Position numbers and translations under genes: made by a program
NCBI GenBank assembly: GCA_012719595.1
Contig: JAAYAB010000212.1
Span: 14,677-78,676 of the forward strand
Direction: 5' to 3'
Source of the DNA: Bacillota bacterium
GTDB lineage: Bacteria; Bacillota; DTU014
DNA length: 64,000 nucleotides
The notes under the pieces: generated by a model
Databases searched by the model: none
Told to the model about the DNA's origin: nothing
The model's input: only the letters and a program-made list of their open reading frames with translations
Part shown: positions 58,634 to 64,000 of the stretch, one piece after another
Numbering within the stretch: the stretch's first letter is position 1
Layout of the letters: the number at the start of each line of letters is the position of its first letter

Positions 58634-59898
58634 TGCGACACCACCTCGTCAGGACTTGCTATCTCTCCCACAACTGCAGAAGCGGCCGCCACAGCGGGCC
58701 CGCTGAGGTATATCTCGCTCTCCACGTGCCCCATCCTTCCGACGAAGTTCCTGTTGGTTGTGGACACCGCTTTCTCCCCCGCCGCAAGCACGCCCATGTG
58801 CCCGCCCAGACACGGCCCGCACGTCGGAGTGCTGACCACCGCTCCTGCCTCGACAAACGTCTCGACGAGTCCCTCGCGGACGCACTGCAGGTAGATCGCC
58901 TGGGTTCCCGGTATCACTATGCAGCGGACGCCTCGTGCCACCTTCCTCCCCTTGAGGATCTGGGCGGCCTCACGCATGTCTTCGATTCTCCCGTTAGTGC
59001 AGGACCCTATGATGACCTGGTCGATGCGCACTCCCTTGACCTCATTCACAGGCCGCGCGTTCTCGGGAAGATGAGGGAGCGCGACCTGCGGCTGTATCTC
59101 GCTTGCGTCAAACTCGTGTACAGAGTGATACTCAGCGTCTTCGTCGCTGGTTTCCAGTTCGTATTTCCGGCTCGTCCTGCCCTTCAGGTACTCAACCGTC
59201 TTGTCGTCGGGCATGAAGATACCGTTCTTGGCTCCGGCCTCTATGGCCATGTTCGCCATCGTGAGCCTGCCATCTATGGACAGGGAGGAAATCGCAGGTC
59301 CCGCGAACTCCATAGCTCTGTACCTGGCGCCCTCAACGCCGATCCTGCCGATCGTGTACAGGATCAGGTCCTTTCCTCCGACCCAGCGGTTCAGTCGGCC
59401 AGTGAAGACGAACTTCATGGTCTCAGGGACTTTGAACCACAGCTCCCCGGTAGCCATTGCGGCAGCCATGTCGGTGCTGCCGACGCCGGTGGAGAAGGCT
59501 CCAAGCGCGCCATAGGTGCAGGTATGCGAGTCTGCTCCAACCACGAGGTCGCCCGGCACTACCATCCCCCTTTCCGGAAGCAGGCAGTGCTCTATCCCCA
59601 TCTGGCCGACCTCGAAGAAGTTGGCGATCATGTACTTCCTGGCGAACTCGCGCATCATCCGGACCTGTTCGGCAGACTTGATGTCCTTATTCGGGGTGAA
59701 ATGGTCCGGCACGAGAGCGATCTTGCCGGGATCGAACACCCGGGGCGCGCCCATCCGCTCGAACTCCTTTATGGCCACGGGCGCTGTTATGTCATTGCCC
59801 AAAACCAGGTCGACTCGGGCAACCACGAAGTCCCCTGGACGGACCCGGTCTCTTCCCGAGTGTCTGGCAAGTATCTTTTCTGTCAGCGTCATGCCCAA
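58630..59898 (-). CDS. leuC: 3-isopropylmalate dehydratase large subunit
   Basis: [11 protein letters not shown]...DHFTPN...[20 protein letters not shown]...SCTNGRIED aconitase-family motifs. Confidence 0.9.
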   Translation of the reverse strand: MGMTLTEKILARHSGRDRVRPGDFVVARVDLVLGNDITAPVAIKEFERMGAPRVFDPGKIALVPDHFTPNKDIKSAEQVRMMREFARKYMIANFFEVGQMGIEHCLLPERGMVVPGDLVVGADSHTCTYGALGAFSTGVGSTDMAAAMATGELWFKVPETMKFVFTGRLNRWVGGKDLILYTIGRIGVEGARYRAMEFAGPAISSLSIDGRLTMANMAIEAGAKNGIFMPDDKTVEYLKGRTSRKYELETSDEDAEYHSVHEFDASEIQPQVALPHLPENARPVNEVKGVRIDQVIIGSCTNGRIEDMREAAQILKGRKVARGVRCIVIPGTQAIYLQCVREGLVETFVEAGAVVSTPTCGPCLGGHMGVLAAGEKAVSTTNRNFVGRMGHVESEIYLSGPAVAAASAVVGEIASPDEVVSQ

Positions 59899-59910
59899 GG
59901 CTAGTCCTCC

Positions 59911-61473
59911 TCACTGCGCAGCCAGGCCGTTGTTGCCGTTACTGCGAATCGCAACCCGTTTCAGGTCGCTGCCGGCTTTGTTCATCGCATTCAGGTAGGC
60001 TCTCACACTTGCCTCGATGACGTCCGTGCTGACGCCGCGACCCGCGTAGGTCTTCCCTCCGGCAGTCACCCGCACTGAGACCTCGCCCAGCGCGTCCTTT
60101 CCTCCGGTAACCGCCCTGAGCGAGTATTCCTCCAGGTGCGCTTCAGAGTCCAGCTGTATGATCCTGTCTATGGCCCGATAGGCTGCGTCGACAGGGCCGT
60201 CTCCGCAGGCGGCTTCCTCGACAACACGGCCTTCTTTGACAATTCTGACCGTCGCAGTCGGGATGGCAGCCATTCCGCTGCAGACGTGGAGGTACTCGAG
60301 TGTGTAGAGATCCTCGACACCAGTGAGTTCGCCCCTGACAAGCGCTTCGATGTCGAGGTCGGAGACCTCCTTTTTCTTGTCTGCAAGTTCGATGAACCTT
60401 TCGTAGGCCCGCTGGAGTTCCTGATCCGGCAGGTCATATCCCAGATCTGAGACGCGCTTGCGAAAGGCGTGTCTGCCAGAGTGCTTGCCGAGAACGAACC
60501 TGCTCGCAGTGAGGCCTATGTCCTCGGGCGACATGATCTCGTAGGTGGTTCGTTCTTTGAGGACTCCATCCTGATGGATGCCCGACTCATGCGCAAAAGC
60601 GTTCGGGCCGACTATCGCCTTGTTGGCCGAGACATGGATTCCGGTCAGCGCTGACACCAGGCTGCTGCATCTGTAGATCTGGGTGGTGTCGAGGCGCGTA
60701 GAGGCATCGAAGAAGTCGCTTCGAGTCTTGAGAGCCATCGCCACCTCTTCCAGCGCTGCGTTTCCCGCCCTCTCGCCGATCCCGTTGACGGTGACCTCCA
60801 CTTGGTCGACGCCTTCGAGGACCGCGGAGAGCGAGTTGGCTACAGCCATGCCCAGATCGTCATGGCAGTGCACGCTGAGGACTGCACGGGAGATGCTTGG
60901 AACATGCTCTCTGATGTATCGAACGAGGCGGCGCATCTCGTCAGGAGTCGTGTATCCAACTGTGTCAGGGATGTTGATGACCGTCGCCCCTGCGCGTATT
61001 GCCTGTTCGAACACTTCGCACAGGAAGTCCCAGTTCGATCTCGTCGCATCCTCTGCCGAAAACTCGACGTCCTCCGTGAATCCCTTGGCGAACTTGACGG
61101 CATCGACTGCCATTCTGAGCACTTCATTGGGCGTTTTGTTTAGTTTGTGCCTCATATGTATGTCGGACGTAGCAATGAACGTGTGGATCCGCCCGTGCGC
61201 AGCCGGCTTGAGCGCCTCTCCGGCCCTTGCTATGTCCTTCTCCACCGCTCGGGCCAGAGCCGCAATCGTTACCGTTTTGATCTCCTCGGATATCGCACGC
61301 ACCGACTCGAAGTCGCCCGGCGAAGCGATGGGAAAGCCGGCCTCGATCGCGTCCACGCGCAGTCGCTCGAGCGACTGTGCGATCTTCAGTTTCTCCGCGA
61401 CGTTGAGGTTTACGCCCGGCGATTGCTCCCCATCTCTCAGGGTAGTATCAAACACCTTCACCATTCTGCTCAC
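59911..61473 (-). CDS. leuA: 2-isopropylmalate synthase
   Basis: VKVFDTTLRDGEQSPGVNLNVAEKLKIAQSLERLRVDAIEAGFP; HCHDDLGMAVANSLSAV; C-terminal LeuA allosteric domain. Confidence 0.9.
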   Translation of the reverse strand: MSRMVKVFDTTLRDGEQSPGVNLNVAEKLKIAQSLERLRVDAIEAGFPIASPGDFESVRAISEEIKTVTIAALARAVEKDIARAGEALKPAAHGRIHTFIATSDIHMRHKLNKTPNEVLRMAVDAVKFAKGFTEDVEFSAEDATRSNWDFLCEVFEQAIRAGATVINIPDTVGYTTPDEMRRLVRYIREHVPSISRAVLSVHCHDDLGMAVANSLSAVLEGVDQVEVTVNGIGERAGNAALEEVAMALKTRSDFFDASTRLDTTQIYRCSSLVSALTGIHVSANKAIVGPNAFAHESGIHQDGVLKERTTYEIMSPEDIGLTASRFVLGKHSGRHAFRKRVSDLGYDLPDQELQRAYERFIELADKKKEVSDLDIEALVRGELTGVEDLYTLEYLHVCSGMAAIPTATVRIVKEGRVVEEAACGDGPVDAAYRAIDRIIQLDSEAHLEEYSLRAVTGGKDALGEVSVRVTAGGKTYAGRGVSTDVIEASVRAYLNAMNKAGSDLKRVAIRSNGNNGLAAQ

Positions 61474-61516
61474 GTTCTATCCCTCCCAGGCACTGCCTCG
61501 AGTCTTCGAGGTGCCC

Positions 61517-62515
61517 TCACTCCTTTTTCTTGATCCAGCTCATCATGCTCCTCAGCTTCGCACCGACCACCTCTATCAGGTGCTCGGATTCCTTCTTCTT
61601 CAGCGCGTTGTAGATCGGCCGGTTGGCCTGATTCTCCAGTATCCACTCTCTCGCGAATCTGCCGGCCTGGATGTCCTCAAGTATGCGCTTCATTTCCTTG
61701 CGCGTCTCGGCGGTGATCACTCGTTTTCCGCATACCATGTCGCCGTATTCCGCCGTGTCGCTGATCGAATAGCGCATCCAGCTGATGCCGCCCTCATACA
61801 TCAGGTCGACAATGAGCTTGAGTTCATGCAGACACTCGAAGTAGGCGATCTCAGGCTGGTACCCAGCCTCAACAAGGGTCTCGAAGCCAGCCCTCACAAG
61901 CTCTGTCATGCCCCCGCAGAGCACTACCTGCTCTCCAAACAGATCTGTCTCCGTCTCTTCCTTGAACGTCGTCTCGATGACGCCGGCGCGAGTCGCACCT
62001 ATCCCCTTTGCATACGCAAGTGCGGTGTCTTTGGCTCTGCCCGAGTAGTCTTGATGGACCGCGATGAGCGAAGGCACTCCTCCGCCCTCGACATAAACCC
62101 GCCTTACCAGGTGCCCCGGACCCTTGGGGGCTATCATGATGACATCGACGTTCTTCGGAGGAACTATCTGGTTGAAATGAATGTTGAATCCATGGGAAAA
62201 GACCAGCGTCTTCCCTTCAGTGAGGTGCTTTTCTATCTCCGACTTGTAGACTCTGGCCTGAACCTCGTCCGGGACGAGCATCTGAATCAGGTCGCCCGCA
62301 GAGGCAGCCTCCGCCGCGGACACTGGCGCAAACCCGTCTCGCACGGCTCTCTCGTAGTTGGCCGAACCCTTCAGGTCGCTCACTATCACATCGATCCCGC
62401 TGTCTCTCAGGTTCTGCGCCTGAGCGTGCCCCTGACTGCCATAGCCTATGATTGCTACTTTCTTGCCCTTCAGTAGACCCAGATCTGCATCCTGATCGTA
62501 GTACATGCGTGTCAT
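61517..62515 (-). CDS. ilvC: Ketol-acid reductoisomerase
   Basis: [27 protein letters not shown] Rossmann; ...SHGFNIHF...; C-terminal knotted domain. Confidence 0.95.
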   Translation of the reverse strand: MTRMYYDQDADLGLLKGKKVAIIGYGSQGHAQAQNLRDSGIDVIVSDLKGSANYERAVRDGFAPVSAAEAASAGDLIQMLVPDEVQARVYKSEIEKHLTEGKTLVFSHGFNIHFNQIVPPKNVDVIMIAPKGPGHLVRRVYVEGGGVPSLIAVHQDYSGRAKDTALAYAKGIGATRAGVIETTFKEETETDLFGEQVVLCGGMTELVRAGFETLVEAGYQPEIAYFECLHELKLIVDLMYEGGISWMRYSISDTAEYGDMVCGKRVITAETRKEMKRILEDIQAGRFAREWILENQANRPIYNALKKKESEHLIEVVGAKLRSMMSWIKKKE

Positions 62516-62546
62516 CTACTTCATCCTCCCCGTTTGGCCCCTTAGT

Positions 62547-63029
62547 CTACTTGGAACCGCGCACCATGGATATCTTGCCTGTGCGCACCAGCTCAATGAT
62601 TCCATACGGCCTGGTCAGCTGGACCAAGGCGTCGATCTTGGCCTCGTCTCCCGTGACCTCTATCACAATGGACTTCTCCGCCACGTCAACGATCTTCGCG
62701 CGGAATATGTCGGCAACCTGAAGGATCTCTGACCGGTTCGCGGCGTCGCCGCTGATCTTGATCAAGGCCAGCTCCCTGTCCACCCGCTCGTCTGTTGTGA
62801 TATCGCTGATCTTGATCACGTCTATGAGTTTGTGGAGCTGTTTGGTTATCTGCTCGAGCGTCGCATCGTCCGCCTCAACCTGTATAGTCATGCGAGAGAT
62901 GTTGGGCTCATCTGTCACGCCGACCGCCAGGCTCTCAATGTTGAACCCCCTGCGGCTGAAGAGCCCTGCCACGCGAGCCAGGACACCCGGCTGGTTCATC
63001 ACGAGGACCGAAAGCGTGTGCTTCATCAT
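62547..63029 (-). CDS. ilvN: Acetolactate synthase small (regulatory) subunit
   Basis: [43 protein letters not shown] domain. Confidence 0.9.
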   Translation of the reverse strand: MMKHTLSVLVMNQPGVLARVAGLFSRRGFNIESLAVGVTDEPNISRMTIQVEADDATLEQITKQLHKLIDVIKISDITTDERVDRELALIKISGDAANRSEILQVADIFRAKIVDVAEKSIVIEVTGDEAKIDALVQLTRPYGIIELVRTGKISMVRGSK

Positions 63030-64000
63030 CGATCACCTCGAACCATCATGTTGATGGACTCGTTCGGGGGCACCATCGGGAACACGTTTGCCTCTCTCGA
63101 CACGGCAAAGTCCATTACGACGGGTCCGGGCTCGGCAAGAGCCTGCTCGAGCACAGGGCGCACCTGGTCCTCGCTCTCGACTCGGAATCCCTTCGCACCG
63201 TAAGCCTCTGCGATGGCGACGAAGTTCGGGTTGCCGCTCAGGACCGTGGCGGAGTACCTCTTGTTGTGGAACATCTCCTGCCACTGCCGCACCATGCCGA
63301 GGTAGCCGTTGTTGAGTATGGCGATCTTCACAGGGATGCCGTACTGCACTGCAGTGGCAAGTTCCTGGATGTTCATCTGGAAGCTGCCGTCTCCGGCTAT
63401 GTCAATGACGAGCCTGTTTGGCTGCCCGATCTGTGCGCCGATTGCCGCAGGGAACCCGAATCCCATGGTTCCGAGGCCGCCGGACGTGATGAAGCTCCTC
63501 GGTTGCTTGAAGCGGTAGTACTGGGCCGTCCACATCTGGTTCTGGCCAACCTCTGTGGTGATGATCGCCTCTCCTTTGGTCAGTTCGGAGATCTGCTCTA
63601 TCACGTACTGAGGTGCGATGCCGTCGCGGCCTTTGGCATACCCAAGCGGCCATTCGTTCTTGAACGTCGCTATCTGCGCCAGCCATTCCGGCCGAGTCTT
63701 GGTCTCGAGTTGAGGGATGAGCGCCTCGAGCACTCTCTTTGCATCGCCAACGATCGGAATGTCGAATCTAACATTTTTGCCGATTTCAGCAGGATCGATG
63801 TCTACGTGCGCCACTCTCGCCTTCGGAGCGAATGTCTCGATCTTGCCCGTCACGCGGTCGTCAAACCTTGCACCGACCGCTATCAGGAGGTCGCACTCGG
63901 TAACAGCCAGGTTGGCGTATCCGGTTCCGTGCATCCCGAGCATCCCGAGAGAGAGCGGGTGCGCCGTCGGAAACGCACTGAGCCCCATCAGGGTGGTCGC
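63026..64000 (-). CDS. ilvB: Acetolactate synthase large subunit, C-terminal part (gene continues beyond window end)
   Basis: TPP-binding region [18 protein letters not shown]...; [12 protein letters not shown] central domain; runs off the window. Confidence 0.9.
   Translation of the reverse strand, partial: ATTLMGLSAFPTAHPLSLGMLGMHGTGYANLAVTECDLLIAVGARFDDRVTGKIETFAPKARVAHVDIDPAEIGKNVRFDIPIVGDAKRVLEALIPQLETKTRPEWLAQIATFKNEWPLGYAKGRDGIAPQYVIEQISELTKGEAIITTEVGQNQMWTAQYYRFKQPRSFITSGGLGTMGFGFPAAIGAQIGQPNRLVIDIAGDGSFQMNIQELATAVQYGIPVKIAILNNGYLGMVRQWQEMFHNKRYSATVLSGNPNFVAIAEAYGAKGFRVESEDQVRPVLEQALAEPGPVVMDFAVSREANVFPMVPPNESINMMVRGDR

Noticed and set aside
1-64000. CRISPR arrays, IS elements/transposases, rRNA or tRNA genes
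   Set aside because: No direct-repeat/spacer periodicity, no transposase-like ORFs, and no tRNA cloverleaf or rRNA signature sequences were seen anywhere in the window.

Overview
High-GC (~62-65%) chromosomal segment from an endospore-forming Firmicute: it has a complete spoIIIAA-AH operon and Bacillus/Clostridium-like gene order, efp-spoIIIA-accBC-asp23-nusB-xseAB-ispA-dxs-tlyA-nadK-argR-recN. Almost every gene is on the minus strand and the window is mostly core housekeeping. The blocks are: miaB-mutS-mutL-rsmJ-like-miaA-hfq; a Ski2-like helicase, murI, rpiA, hisD, ddl; recN-argR-nadK-tlyA-dxs; ispA-xseAB-nusB; accBC; spoIIIA; efp-pepP-aroQ-aroKB-aroC-aroE-coaBC; rpoZ-gmk-remA-mIHF-yicC; rqcH; an FMN riboswitch-ribU; cysE; and a cimA-leuBDC-leuA-ilvC-ilvN-ilvB cluster. 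The one clearly accessory feature is at the left edge (1..~2418). It is the right-hand end of an inserted element that carries a large serine recombinase (1087..2433, +) and a divergent anSME-type radical-SAM/SPASM maturase (1..780, -, truncated by the window edge). The element sits inside a SpoVK/CbxX-family AAA+ sporulation gene next to hfq, splitting it exactly within the Walker A codons (GNP | GTGKT). This looks like a skin/sigK-type sporulation intervening element, apparently in spoVK. Other points worth a second look are a 680-bp ORF-free, structure-rich gap between the PAP2 gene and a DUF21 membrane-protein gene (26968..27648), the absence of spoIVB-spo0A after recN, an AroK-AroB fusion, and actinobacterial-type mIHF and Ski2 helicase in a Firmicute context. 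Coordinates come from the ORF track plus manual start refinement and may be off by 1-3 nt. The sequence as displayed cannot be reconciled in phase with the track around 9500..10856 (a 1-nt discrepancy somewhere in that span); elsewhere the two agree. Many long plus-strand ORFs in the track are GC-driven antisense artefacts.
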